This document shows positions 39,529 to 50,218 of a stretch of 64,000 nucleotides of DNA, in pieces. The notes under the pieces are model-generated. The model saw nothing but the letters and a program-made list of their open reading frames with translations. It was not told where the DNA came from and ran no database searches. Each line of letters begins with the position of its first letter. Within the stretch, counting starts at the first letter, position 1. Made by a program: the position numbers and the translations under genes. This stretch comes from Nitrososphaeria archaeon (GTDB lineage Archaea; Thermoproteota; Nitrososphaeria; JACIWG01): the NCBI GenBank assembly GCA_963752255.1, contig CAVVXT010000005.1, positions 10,117 to 74,116 on the forward strand, given 5' to 3'.

Positions 39529-40347
39529 TTGGCCCTAAAATTTATCTTTATGCCCCATTCCATGGATGTTGAATTCATTTGCAAGGGTGGTTTTGGTAGT
39601 GAAGCAGACATAGATGTTGAACTGAGAAGGTTTTTTCCAGGTATAGGAGGCGGCATCCGCACTTATCAGGCTTTACTTGTGGCCTTCAGAAAGGAGTTTA
39701 GCAGAACATTTAATGTCGGCCATAGGCTGTTCCTTAGGCACACTATAATAAAGAAGCTTGAAGACTACTTTTTTAAAAAAGGTTTTTACCAGTACGCTCA
39801 TATAACAAGACCATTAGGTTCAAGCCAAGAAGGGTACATTTATGAATGGGCCTTTGGGAGCGATGTTTTCCCATGGTACGTAGTCAACGAATCCTACGAA
39901 AATGTTTCCGTGGAATTGGAGGATTGGGGAAATTTCATTGTCGCCTTCAATGAGGCAGGTATCAATTTGCAGAAGGATTGCACGAATCCGGATGATGGAC
40001 GTGTTTCCCAGAACATCATACACCAATTTCCCTACGGGGTGGATTCCCACAGATCCAAATTAAACCGTTTGTGGAAGAGAATAGATTTTGGCGATAAGAG
40101 CATTAACTTCGATTACAGCAGACTAGTTGAGTATTTAGAAAAAAATGAAGTTGACATGAAGGAGAATCTTAGAGTAGGAAGATACGATATGATCGTGCTA
40201 TCGTGCAAGTACTTGATGAATGGCGAACATATGGACCCCGAAGATTTGGGCGAACTCAATATTTTAGTGAGAGATTATAGACTTTCCACATTAGCCCATC
40301 TGAACACGAGGGGAGTCGAAAGTTCACAGGATGTAAGGTTGCTCTAA
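39529..40347 (+). CDS. Uncharacterised protein, possibly an atypical kinase-like fold
   Basis: 272 aa. EGYIYEWAFGS, SQNIIHQ and WKRIDFGD loosely resemble hinge, catalytic-loop and DFG elements. Confidence 0.5.
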   Translation: MALKFIFMPHSMDVEFICKGGFGSEADIDVELRRFFPGIGGGIRTYQALLVAFRKEFSRTFNVGHRLFLRHTIIKKLEDYFFKKGFYQYAHITRPLGSSQEGYIYEWAFGSDVFPWYVVNESYENVSVELEDWGNFIVAFNEAGINLQKDCTNPDDGRVSQNIIHQFPYGVDSHRSKLNRLWKRIDFGDKSINFDYSRLVEYLEKNEVDMKENLRVGRYDMIVLSCKYLMNGEHMDPEDLGELNILVRDYRLSTLAHLNTRGVESSQDVRLL

Positions 40348-40545
40348 TTCTTTTTAAGGAAAAATAAGGAATAATCATAGTTCTCGGTTAAGCTGAATCG
40401 ATTTCATTTAAAACTTGTTTTATCCTTTTCAATAGTTCTTTTTTAATTTGTTAACCCCATAAATCATTTCAATAGGAATTTGTTCAACCTTTAATATTGT
40501 TAAAACTATTAAGGTTTTCGCTTTAATAACTTCTAATATAATAAT

Positions 40546-41358
40546 TCAGGTTCTATTTGACTCGAGAAACTGTAATATTGCTTCTTCTAATTCTTTAGGC
40601 TTCTCTAAAGCGTAGCCATGTCCACATTCTTTGATAATAGTCAACTTCGAACCCTTGATTTCTCCAGCAAGTGTCTTAGAGAATCTTGGAGGTGTCAAAA
40701 TATCTTCATCCCCCACAATTATATGTGTTGGAATTTTGATCTGGTTCAGTCTTGACGATGTATTATGGTGTATGCATGCATCTGCTTGTCTTAAGAACGC
40801 GAAAGTTGGCTGAGGATGCGGGTTTTCGGCTATAAGTTTTAGAACTTCTTCCATTGCACCCTTTTTCTCATAGAATCTGAATGTTAAACACCATCTTAGT
40901 ATGTGCCTCATGAATTGTGTTCTATTATTCTTGAGCTCTTTGCATTCTATAATAAATTTTAATCCTTCAATTATATCTTGCATTAGTGCATCTGTTTTTG
41001 GCCAAGTAGCTAGTAAAGTTATAGTTTTAAGAAGCTTAGGATAACCTATAGCTAATTCTTGTGTAATGGCACCACCCATGGAATGGCCTATAACATGTAC
41101 GTGGTCTAAACCCAATTCTTCAATTAAGGCGGCTGTGTCATCAGCCATCATCTTAATACTGTATGGGAAATCAGGTTTATTAGACTGTCCAACACCCCTA
41201 TTGTCAAATACTATACAGCGAAAATTTTTACTCAAATCTTTAGCAAAAGGCAGCCAACTTTGATAATCATCACCAAGTCCACTGACCCATATAACTGGCT
41301 CACCTGAACCCATAACTTCATAATACATTTGGATTCCATTTGCTATAATTTTTGGCAA
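40546..41358 (-). CDS. Alpha/beta hydrolase
   Basis: HVIGHSMGG nucleophile elbow, late Asp/His (VGDEDILTP; CGHG). Confidence 0.85.
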   Translation of the reverse strand: MPKIIANGIQMYYEVMGSGEPVIWVSGLGDDYQSWLPFAKDLSKNFRCIVFDNRGVGQSNKPDFPYSIKMMADDTAALIEELGLDHVHVIGHSMGGAITQELAIGYPKLLKTITLLATWPKTDALMQDIIEGLKFIIECKELKNNRTQFMRHILRWCLTFRFYEKKGAMEEVLKLIAENPHPQPTFAFLRQADACIHHNTSSRLNQIKIPTHIIVGDEDILTPPRFSKTLAGEIKGSKLTIIKECGHGYALEKPKELEEAILQFLESNRT

Positions 41359-41702
41359 GCTTTTTCACAACGCCTATCGTTAAGTAGAATTTATATTTTA
41401 TAAATAGATATTTCCACACTTTAAAAGACTTATGTAACTATAAGATTTCTTGAAATGATCAATAACACCCAAAAGCAATTCGAATCAGACTTTGGAACAA
41501 ATTTGAATCCTGAATTGGGAGCAAGTCCCTAATATATATGTAAAAAAATATGGAAACTACAAATAAAAGTTCTGAACAGATATGCTGTGTAATCATGAGT
41601 ATTAGTTCTTATTTCAGTCGTAATAAAAGATTCCTAAACACTTAACTTACTTGGGTTTTACTTAGGAAGATTAAAATAAAAGGTGAGGAAATCGGTTAGT
41701 AA

Positions 41703-42451
41703 ATGCCTAAGGTTACTCTTAAGAATGTATCAAAAAGATTTGGTAAAGTGCTAGCAGTCGATAAATTGAGCTTGGATGTTGAAGACGGTGAATTGTTTGC
41801 AATTGTCGGCCCCAACGGTTGTGGAAAGACCACAGTTCTTAGGATTATCGCAGGTCTAATTGAGCCTGATGAAGGTGATATCTATATAGATGATACTAGG
41901 GTAAATAACCTTTCCCCTGTTGAAAGGGGTGTTAGGATGGTCTTCCAAGATTATGCTCTATACCCCCACATGAAGGTGTATAATGAGGACAAAAATTCAA
42001 ACCTATCATTTGCGTTAAGGATTAGGAAATATCTTCCTGAAAATATTAAGAAAAGTGTTGAACAAGTAAGTGCCAAAATAGGGATCAACAAGGAACTTTA
42101 TTCTAGACGACCGAAGGAACTGTCTGCCGGTCAGCAACAAAGGTGGCCATCGGAAGAGCCATTACCTTACCGCCTAAAGTTTTTTTACTTGATGAACCAC
42201 TAGCTCATTTAGACCCGCCAGCTCGACTTAAAATCAGAGACGAAATAAAATCCCTCCATAAGGAAATGAAGGTTACAACGATCTACGTTACAAATGATCT
42301 TCCTGAAGCTTTTGCAGTAGCAGAAAGGCTTGCCGTACTGAGGGAGGGAAAGGTCATTCAAGTGGGTAGACCCCGTGAAGTTTACGAGCATCCCGCTGAC
42401 GATTTTGTTTCAGACTTCCTTAAAGCTTACGAAATATTTCGCAGAGTATAG
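41703..42451 (+). pseudogene. ABC-transporter ATP-binding protein (orphan), frameshifted at 42141-42146
   Basis: GPNGCGKTT Walker A and LSAGQQQR signature, then VAIGRAITLPPKVFLLDEPLAHLD in the next frame. One G appears to be missing in aggtgg. Confidence 0.85.
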
Positions 42452-42496
42452 TATACTTTAAGCCCACTGGAAAACAATACACATAAATAACGTAAT

Positions 42497-42892
42497 GTGA
42501 CATTTGATTACATGGATCAAAATTCAATTGAAGTCGTTATTGAACCATACCATAAGATAATTGTACACGAATTAGTAGAATATAGGCTCAGCGACTGGGT
42601 TAACATCATCATTACTGGAATAAAGTCACTTGGCGGAAGTATGCCAACCCTCTTCTGGTGTAACGGAGTTGTGTTCCAGTCAGCGCAGTTCAATACAAAC
42701 AGCGAGACGGTGATAAAGCAGCAATTGAATGGCATCATTCATTATAGTTCGGTGACATTTGCGCTTAAAGAAAAGTTCCAGAACGAAATTAGGACGGATA
42801 AGGGAACGATACTTCTTGTAGATGTAAGTGCCAATATAAATTTGGTTAAACTCGCTGAAGTCTTGAAAGGTTATTCCAAGATTAAAGAGTAA
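42497..42892 (+). CDS. Hypothetical protein (131 aa)
   Basis: ORF track. No motif recognised. Confidence 0.4.
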   Translation: MTFDYMDQNSIEVVIEPYHKIIVHELVEYRLSDWVNIIITGIKSLGGSMPTLFWCNGVVFQSAQFNTNSETVIKQQLNGIIHYSSVTFALKEKFQNEIRTDKGTILLVDVSANINLVKLAEVLKGYSKIKE

Positions 42893-42909
42893 AAAACTTG
42901 AGTTTGTAT

Positions 42910-43071
42910 CTACCTTCTTATAGGTAACTTGATTGTGAATGTTGTTCCCCTGTTCTCTTGACTTTCTACCAATATTGTCCAATTTTGAGATTCGATAAGC
43001 CTTTTAGATACTTTTAATCCTAATCCTTGACCCTTGGATTTAGTTGTGAAAAGTGGTTCAAAAATCTTCAT
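42910..43071 (-). pseudogene. C-terminal remnant of a histidine-kinase ATPase domain
   Basis: Minus-strand translation MKIFEPLFTTKSKGQGLGLKVSKRLIESQNWTILVESQENRGTTFTIKLPIRR* carries the G2 box and tail of HATPase_c. A stop lies immediately upstream. Confidence 0.55.
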
Positions 43072-43080
43072 CTACTCTAA

Positions 43081-44103
43081 TCATTTTAGTTCTTTTTGAA
43101 CTTTTGTATGAAATTTTTTGAACCAGTTAAATCCGAACTTCTCCATTTGCATCAAATACTTATCGTTGCCCTTTGGCATAAGGTCTGCGCGATAATGGAG
43201 AGTAAAATAATACTGAGCTGCATTAATGTAACCCTGCTTTCCAATTAGATCAAGACACTTTTTAGCAAATTTATCATTTTGAACTTTCCGACAGACTTTT
43301 TCAACGGTCTTAAGGCGCTCATCAGTTGTCTTTACCTTAATGTTCTCATACTTGTGAGCGAAGGCCTCTATAAGCTCTTTATCAGTCAATTCGACGTACT
43401 CTTCAGAGTGAACGATAACGTCAACATCAAGCTTTTTTTGTGGCAAAAGCTTGCTGTGGGGGTATCCGAGACAGACCATAACAACGGGAAAGACCTTATC
43501 AGGTAACTTAATCATCTCTCTTATCTGGGAAAAACACTCTAATACAGAACCGATATAGACAGAACCTAGGCCCAATGAATCCGCAGCGGTACAGACGTTC
43601 TGAGCACATATTATAGTGTCTTGGAACGATACCCAGAAATGCCTAAAAGAGGACGCAGCAGTAAAGGGCGCAGCCTCAAGATCAGCCCATCTTTCAAGAC
43701 GATGGAAATCAATACAAAAAATCAGCAAAACTGGTGCTTTGGCAATAAAAGCCTGTTCACATAACCTCGCCAATTCCTTCCTTTTTTCCCCCTCTATCTT
43801 TACAATAGAATAAGGTTGAAGATTGCCTGCAGAAGCAGAATGGGTTCCAGCTTTGAGAATAAGCCTCAAAATATCCTCAGGGACTTTTTTGTCTAAGAAG
43901 TCACGGACACTAGCCCTCTCGGAGAGAATCTTCATGGTCCTGTTTGGATAATCATCAGCAAACTCATCCTTATTCTGGGACAACTTTCCATCATAGCTTA
44001 AGAATGGTTTATCCGCCATTTTACCAAAATGAACGATATAATGACCGTATTTAAGGCTTGAAACCTTCAACCAATAGGGAAGACCTGCAAAACATAATTT
44101 CAT
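43081..44103 (-). CDS. Nitroreductase-family protein
   Basis: RASVRDFLDKKVPEDILRLILKAGTHSASAGNLQPYSIV. ATGA overlap with the upstream esterase stop. Confidence 0.8.
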   Translation of the reverse strand: MKLCFAGLPYWLKVSSLKYGHYIVHFGKMADKPFLSYDGKLSQNKDEFADDYPNRTMKILSERASVRDFLDKKVPEDILRLILKAGTHSASAGNLQPYSIVKIEGEKRKELARLCEQAFIAKAPVLLIFCIDFHRLERWADLEAAPFTAASSFRHFWVSFQDTIICAQNVCTAADSLGLGSVYIGSVLECFSQIREMIKLPDKVFPVVMVCLGYPHSKLLPQKKLDVDVIVHSEEYVELTDKELIEAFAHKYENIKVKTTDERLKTVEKVCRKVQNDKFAKKCLDLIGKQGYINAAQYYFTLHYRADLMPKGNDKYLMQMEKFGFNWFKKFHTKVQKELK

Positions 44104-45116
44104 TTGTTTGCCTTAATATCATTTAATAAGTGCTTCACAGCGAAGTTCATCTTTCTTTCAACGTGTATATTGATGTCCTCATGCGCCATACCCGGGTACA
44201 TCGCCAGTTCATTTCCTTCTGAACCCAAATGGTGGAATGCTGCGAAAACCGTTGAAGGCGGACACACGATATCTATTAGACCTACAGACATTAGGACAGG
44301 TACCTTAACTTTTGGTGCGAAGTTCATGGCGTCAAAGTAAGAGAGTGTTTCCATAACTTTTTCTTCATCTTCTGGATGTGTCTTTAGGTAATTTAGAATT
44401 TCGATGTACGGACCTGTTTCAGCAACGTATACAGCTCGATCAAAATGGCAGAGGTATGGCACACTCGGTAACGCAAGTGAGACATTATCGTGTAACGCTG
44501 CCGTCACTACAGTCAGTCCTCCACCCTGACTCACCCCTGAGACAGCGATCCTCTTCGTGTCAACATCCTCCCTTTTAGTGACATAGTCGGAGGCTCTGTA
44601 GCAGTCCATGAAGACATACCTATAATAGTATTTGTTTTTGTCTTGGATTCCCTTTGTCATGTTACCGGTAATATTCCCTACGTCATACATTGCGTGGTCC
44701 GGGGCTTCACCACCCTGTCCCCTAACATCTACCGTCAAAAAAGAGAAACCAAGGGTAATCCACCCTAAATAATCAGAAACCGTTCCTTTGCTGCCACTGT
44801 ATCCGTGAATAAAAACCATCGCAGGCTTGGGTTCATTATCGTCTGCGGACTTTATGAAGTAACCAGTAATTGGAGTCCTATCTATAAAACCATCAAATAT
44901 CAACTTGAAGACCACCACTTTCTTTGAGAAGAAATCTACTTTCTTTATTTTAGCATTTAGGGGCTGATCTTTCGCCCTCCCTATATTATCCCTCCAGAAC
45001 CTTTCAAAGTCCTTTGTTTTTGTTAGCTTTGGCTTGTAAACCTTAAGTTCATTTAACGGAAGATCAACTAATGGCATGAATTTTTCAGACGAGATTAAGT
45101 AGATAAGCTTTTTCAT
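44100..45116 (-). CDS. CE7 acetyl-xylan esterase / cephalosporin-C deacetylase family
   Basis: DFERFWRD, FIHGYSGSKG and VSGVSQGGGL (the GxSQG nucleophile motif). Confidence 0.85.
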   Translation of the reverse strand: MKKLIYLISSEKFMPLVDLPLNELKVYKPKLTKTKDFERFWRDNIGRAKDQPLNAKIKKVDFFSKKVVVFKLIFDGFIDRTPITGYFIKSADDNEPKPAMVFIHGYSGSKGTVSDYLGWITLGFSFLTVDVRGQGGEAPDHAMYDVGNITGNMTKGIQDKNKYYYRYVFMDCYRASDYVTKREDVDTKRIAVSGVSQGGGLTVVTAALHDNVSLALPSVPYLCHFDRAVYVAETGPYIEILNYLKTHPEDEEKVMETLSYFDAMNFAPKVKVPVLMSVGLIDIVCPPSTVFAAFHHLGSEGNELAMYPGMAHEDINIHVERKMNFAVKHLLNDIKANK

Positions 45117-45289
45117 CTAACCATAACTCCATAAAAAAGATTGTTTATAACAAAAAATAAGTTAACATATGGAGGAAGTTATCTAAATGGAAATTTGACG
45201 AAATACTTTACGTTTTCCTTTTCATTCGTAATTAGTAGTTTATTTTCTAATGTAGATTTTTTAGTGTTATTATTGATTTTATACCGCTA

Positions 45290-46439
45290 TTAAACCAGGT
45301 ACGATTTGAGTCTTTCTTCATTTATGTTAAGGCCTAACCCAGCTCTGTTGTAGACGTCTACATACCCTTTGGAGAACTTCTCGATTTGTGTATCACAAAT
45401 ATCTTTCAGCTAGCGGGTTGGGGCTTTCCTTTATATCGTAAATCTCGTAGGTTGCGAATGTTTCTTTTGGCAACGATGCGGAGAGATGAATGCTTGCAGC
45501 CCTGCACCCTACACCGGACAAGCCGATATGAGGGGTGTACTGAACATTGAAGGTTCTGGCCAAGTTAGCTATCTTAACACATTCTGTAATTCCTCCCGCT
45601 CGGGCTATGTCTGGCTGTATTATGTCCAGGGCTTCGCCGACGATCAGATCCCTAAAGTCATATCTAAGATAATGAGACTCTCCTCCACAAATTGGAATAT
45701 CAAGTTTTCTCTTCAGCTGTCTGTACCCTTCTATATCGTATGGCGGCATCGGTTCCTCGAACCATGAGATGTCAAGACTTTTAAGAATCTTGCCAAGCTT
45801 CAATGCCTTACTATAGTTATAGGCTGAATTTGCATCCACCATTATTTCGATATCGTTCCCAACCTCCTTTCTAATCGCTTTCAGGTTTTCTCTATCTCTT
45901 TCAACGCCCATACCAACTTTGACTTTTATCTGATCGTGCCCTTCATCCGCCCACTCTTTAGCCCTTTTAGCCATCGTTTCAGGCTTTCCGAAGACTATTG
46001 ATGACGCATACGCCTTTAGCCTGTCTTGGAACTTTCCTCCTAAAAGGCTATAGACAGGCTGCTTGAGTATCTTCCCTTTTAGATCCCACAGCGCTATATC
46101 GATGCCTGACAGAGCTTCCACGAAATAGCCCTTAAGATGCCCCCTTGTTTTAAGGGTGGAGAACATTTCCTCCCATATGACCTCAATATCCATAGGGTCT
46201 TTACCAACGACGATTCCTTTGAGCAGTTTATCAATTATCTGTGCTGTGGCCTGGGGTACTTCTCTGACGAGACTTTCACCGAAACCTGTTTCCCCTTCGT
46301 CTGAACTTACCTTTACGAAGCATGATGCGTATCCTTTCCTAACCTTTTTCGCTAGGTCGTCTTCGTATGGCAGGTATCCGCTGATCGCTGTCTTTGCTTC
46401 AGCATACACCGGATATGATTGTACATCAACTATCTTCAT
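45290..46439 (-). pseudogene. Enolase-superfamily (MR/MLE) enzyme, frameshifted near 45400-45410
   Basis: KVKVG, MVDANSAY and WFEEP motifs. The family-typical tail DICDTQIEKFSKGYVDVYNRAGLGLNINEERLKSYLV is in another frame and ends at 45290. Confidence 0.8.
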
Positions 46440-46531
46440 ATCTCGCTAACTCAGTCTGCTGTTAAACGACGAATTCTTTAATCTTTCTTAAGCGACTTAT
46501 AAGCCGCCGAAATAAAGAGATTCTTGGTTGT

Positions 46532-47440
46532 TTATATTTTGTTTGCCGAACCTTCGATATGATACACATCACATATTATTTCCCTAATCTTCTCTGAAAC
46601 CTGACTTCTAGCATTCTCAATATTGTCAGGATGAGTTTTTATAGCCCTCTCGTAGGCCTGCCTAATATCTGTGCCGATATTTATTTTGGTTATACCATTT
46701 TTTATAGCCTCAAGGACGTATTCGGTTTTTATTCCAGACCCCCCATGCAGCACTAGAGGGATCTTAGTCTTCTGGCTTAACTTTTTTAGGTGGTCGATGT
46801 TCAATCTTGCCTGAACTTTATCCTTGTCCTTTGCTGCCCCGCTTATGGCCCCATGAATGTTGCCGATTGCCACCGACAGCCAGTCTATCTTTGTTTCATT
46901 CACGAATTGAACTGCCTCGTCTATGCTAGTAAATCCTATTCCCTTTGCGTAAATTTCGTCGTAGGACATCGAAAGCTGTTTTTCATGCCCCATTACGGCA
47001 CCAAGTTCAGCCTCAGCCGGCTTTTTCGCGTCATGTGCCATAACAGCTACCTGTCTGGCAACATCAAGATTCTCGTTAAATGACAGACGTGAACCGTCTA
47101 TCATTACAGAATCGTACCCTGCATCTATTCCTTTCTGAATCAGACTCTTCCAGTCAACTGCTGCTCCATCTTCATCTATTACTGGGATGTGGTCTTGGTG
47201 CAATCTAGTAAATTTTGGATTTTTATAGACATCATATTCTTTCGCCACCGCTTCAAAGCTTTTAGCCTGAAATTTTTCAACTTCAAGTCTTGCTACTTCA
47301 ACTAGACCGAAGGTCTGGTGCTTAACTAGGGTTTCAACTATTGGCTTAACCATTGGAAGATAGGCTACATTAAACGCCGGAACGAGTATTTTCTTGTAGT
47401 AGGCTCTTTTCATTATTTCGGAAACGTTAAGAGATTCCAT
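46532..47440 (-). CDS. Class II fructose/tagatose-bisphosphate aldolase family
   Basis: VPAFNV, HQDH, IGNIHG, LVLHGGSG. Confidence 0.85.
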   Translation of the reverse strand: MESLNVSEIMKRAYYKKILVPAFNVAYLPMVKPIVETLVKHQTFGLVEVARLEVEKFQAKSFEAVAKEYDVYKNPKFTRLHQDHIPVIDEDGAAVDWKSLIQKGIDAGYDSVMIDGSRLSFNENLDVARQVAVMAHDAKKPAEAELGAVMGHEKQLSMSYDEIYAKGIGFTSIDEAVQFVNETKIDWLSVAIGNIHGAISGAAKDKDKVQARLNIDHLKKLSQKTKIPLVLHGGSGIKTEYVLEAIKNGITKINIGTDIRQAYERAIKTHPDNIENARSQVSEKIREIICDVYHIEGSANKI

Positions 47441-47528
47441 AATATATTCATTATATATCCGCGCAGCTAGGATATTAGTTTAACTCAAAAATGATAACCA
47501 ATCTCTTGAATCATACAGATATGATAGC

Positions 47529-48707
47529 TTATTTTTCCAATTCTTTTATTGCTCTTTCAATTCTCGTCAAAGCCTTTGTAAGGATTGATCTTGGGCACGC
47601 GATATTCATTCTTTGGAAACCTTCTCCTCCAGGGCCGAATATTTGCCCATCATCTAAACCAACCTTCGCATTCCTAATCATAAAATCATTCAGTGCTTTC
47701 GGATTCATCTTCAAATTTTTGCAATCGAGCCACATAAGATAAGTTCCTTCCAGTTTGACGGGCCTTATTTCTGGAACCCTTTCCTTAAGATATTCTGTTA
47801 GATAATCAACGTTCCCTTGTATGTATTCTAGCATTTGTTCAAGCCACTCTTCGCCATACATATATGCTGCTTCAGATGCAACCACTCCGAACACATTAGC
47901 AAATTCTAGGCCAACGTTCTCCACGGCGATTTTAAACTGTGAGAGAAGTTTTGGATTCGATGCTATTACAGTCGAATTAGCTAGCCCCGCCAGATTAAAA
48001 GTCTTGCTTGGAGCCTCAAAGGTTAGAGTGATATCAGCTATATCGCTAGAGGTACTCGCTGTTGGAATATGTTTGTAGCCCTTTAAAATAAGATCGGAGT
48101 GTATCTCATCAGAAAGAATTATAACGTCGTTCTCGAGACAAAGTTTACCAAGTTTAGATAGTTCTTCACGTGTCCACACTCTACCAACCGGATTATGGGG
48201 GCTACATAAAATAAGCATCTTCACCCTCTCATCGAACCTACCTTTAAGATCGCCAAAGTCCATCTCATATTTCCCATTTTCGTACTTAAGTTCATTTATG
48301 ACAATTTGACGACCATTGTTCCTTATGGCCTTAAAGAATGGGTGGTACACCGGAGGTTGTATAATGATTTTATCACCTGGATGAGTAAATGCTCGGATAG
48401 CTAGGTTGACAGAAGGTACAACACCAGGTGAATACTCAATCCATTCAGGTTTAATTTTCCACTGATGCCTTTTCTCCATCCAGCCTACGATGCTTTTATA
48501 GAATGAGGGAGATCTTATCGTATAGCCGTAGATTCCGTGTTCGGCACGCTTCTTTAACGCGTCGATGACAGGCGCAGGTGAAAGAAAGTCCATGTCAGCG
48601 ACCCACATCGGTATGATATCTTTTGTACCAAACCTCAACTCTAAGCAGTCCCATTTATAGGAATCCGTCCCCTCTCTCGTAATGTAACGGCTAAAGTCGT
48701 ATTTCAT
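47529..48707 (-). CDS. PLP-dependent C-S lyase / aminotransferase (MalY/PatB-like)
   Basis: REGTDSYKWD, MWVADMDF, SPHNPVGRVW, APSKTFNLAG. The Met at 48707 is preferred to the 48854 start. Confidence 0.85.
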   Translation of the reverse strand: MKYDFSRYITREGTDSYKWDCLELRFGTKDIIPMWVADMDFLSPAPVIDALKKRAEHGIYGYTIRSPSFYKSIVGWMEKRHQWKIKPEWIEYSPGVVPSVNLAIRAFTHPGDKIIIQPPVYHPFFKAIRNNGRQIVINELKYENGKYEMDFGDLKGRFDERVKMLILCSPHNPVGRVWTREELSKLGKLCLENDVIILSDEIHSDLILKGYKHIPTASTSSDIADITLTFEAPSKTFNLAGLANSTVIASNPKLLSQFKIAVENVGLEFANVFGVVASEAAYMYGEEWLEQMLEYIQGNVDYLTEYLKERVPEIRPVKLEGTYLMWLDCKNLKMNPKALNDFMIRNAKVGLDDGQIFGPGGEGFQRMNIACPRSILTKALTRIERAIKELEK

Positions 48708-48879
48708 ATAGGGAATTGCCTTTTGCTTCCAATAATTAAAGTTTTTATTCTCATAGACGTTTTTCACAGCTTCGATTAAATAATTTAATATTATACCATT
48801 ATTAAACGATTTAAAGCTGCAATAGATTAAAAAAAACGTACTTAAAGAAATCATTATAAATTATGGAGTATTATAATAA

Positions 48880-49389
48880 TTGGTTAATATGACAGCTCTA
48901 AAAGTTGAGAAAAGGAAGCCTCTTCCACGCAGTTTTCTGAAAGCGGGTGTTAAAGCACCAGACTTCAGTCTAAAGAGCACTTCCGACAAAAACGTTAGCC
49001 TGAAAGATTACCGTGGCCACACGTTGATTCTGCTCTTCTATCCGGCCGATTTTAGCCCGGTATGCAGTGATGAACTGCCACTCTATAGCGAGCTCATACC
49101 CGAATTTCGTCGATTTAATGCGGAGGTGGCGGCGATATCTGTTGATAATACATGGAGCCATCTCGCCTTTGCACGAGATAGAAACCTATCCTTCCCTCTG
49201 CTTTCCGACTTTGAGCCAAAAGGTAAGGTATCCAGAGAATACGGTGTATACCAGAAAGAAAGTGGCCACAGCGGACGAGCAATATTTGTGATCGACAGCG
49301 AGGGGATCATAAGGTGGAGTTATGTAGTGCCAAATAACGTCAATCCGGGTGCTGACGGCGTGTTGAAGGCTCTAGAGGAAATGGAATAG
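48880..49389 (+). CDS. Peroxiredoxin (AhpC/TSA family)
   Basis: FYPADFSPVCSDEL peroxidatic Cys motif. Confidence 0.85.
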   Translation: MVNMTALKVEKRKPLPRSFLKAGVKAPDFSLKSTSDKNVSLKDYRGHTLILLFYPADFSPVCSDELPLYSELIPEFRRFNAEVAAISVDNTWSHLAFARDRNLSFPLLSDFEPKGKVSREYGVYQKESGHSGRAIFVIDSEGIIRWSYVVPNNVNPGADGVLKALEEME

Positions 49390-49411
49390 GTTAGAAGGTA
49401 GGTTCTGACTT

Positions 49412-49963
49412 ATGGAAGTAAAAATAACCAGGCTTACAATACCTGTCGGAGAACGTGACCATGTAAATGGACCACTGAACGCTCCTGTAACACTGGTGGA
49501 ATATGGTGACTTCGAATGCCCGCACTGTGGGAGGGCTTACCCCATAGTTAAGCAGTTGCAGGAGCATCTGGACGGGAAACTGAGGTTCGTATTTCGTCAC
49601 TCACCGATCTCAACCGTACATTCCCACGCTAAGAAAGCGGCTGAAGCAGCTGAAGCGGCCGGCTCTCAGGGAAAATTTTGGGAAATGCATGATCAGCTCT
49701 TTGAACACCAAGATGCGCTTGATGATGAAAACCTGAGACGATATGCTATAGCTGTAGGCCTTAACATCAAAAGATTCGATCAGGAGATGTATTATCATCT
49801 TTACGAGCCAAAAGTGCATGAAGATTTCATCAATGGCGTGAAGAGTGGTGTGAACGGCACTCCTACGTTCTTCATAAACGGGCTAAGGTATAATGGCCCT
49901 CCATCCTTTGAAGCTCTTCTGGAAGCAATAATGAAAGAAATTAACACAGAAGAGAAAAAATAA
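49412..49963 (+). CDS. DsbA-family thioredoxin-fold protein
   Basis: YGDFECPHCG (CxxC) and GVNGTPTFFING. Confidence 0.8.
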   Translation: MEVKITRLTIPVGERDHVNGPLNAPVTLVEYGDFECPHCGRAYPIVKQLQEHLDGKLRFVFRHSPISTVHSHAKKAAEAAEAAGSQGKFWEMHDQLFEHQDALDDENLRRYAIAVGLNIKRFDQEMYYHLYEPKVHEDFINGVKSGVNGTPTFFINGLRYNGPPSFEALLEAIMKEINTEEKK

Positions 49964-49975
49964 TGCTTAGATGTT

Positions 49976-50218
49976 CTAATCGACTTTTTCGACCGTTATC
50001 GCTTGTACCGGACAGACGTCAGCTCCTTCCTTGGTGCACTGGTAGAGTTCGTCGGGTATGATTCCTGTCGATAGATCGTCGGTTGTTTCCTTAGAGTACT
50101 GTTCTATAACCCTATTTTTACCGTTATCGTCCGCTAGGTAGAAGAGTTGGGGACACGCTGTTGTAGCTGCCCCACAGGCGATACATAGATTTCTATCTAT
50201 AGTTATCTTATATGGCAT
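49976..50218 (-). CDS. Small ferredoxin
   Basis: MPYKITIDRNLCIACGAATTACP...CPVQAITV. The internal Met at 50218 is preferred over the 50362 start. Confidence 0.7.
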   Translation of the reverse strand: MPYKITIDRNLCIACGAATTACPQLFYLADDNGKNRVIEQYSKETTDDLSTGIIPDELYQCTKEGADVCPVQAITVEKVD

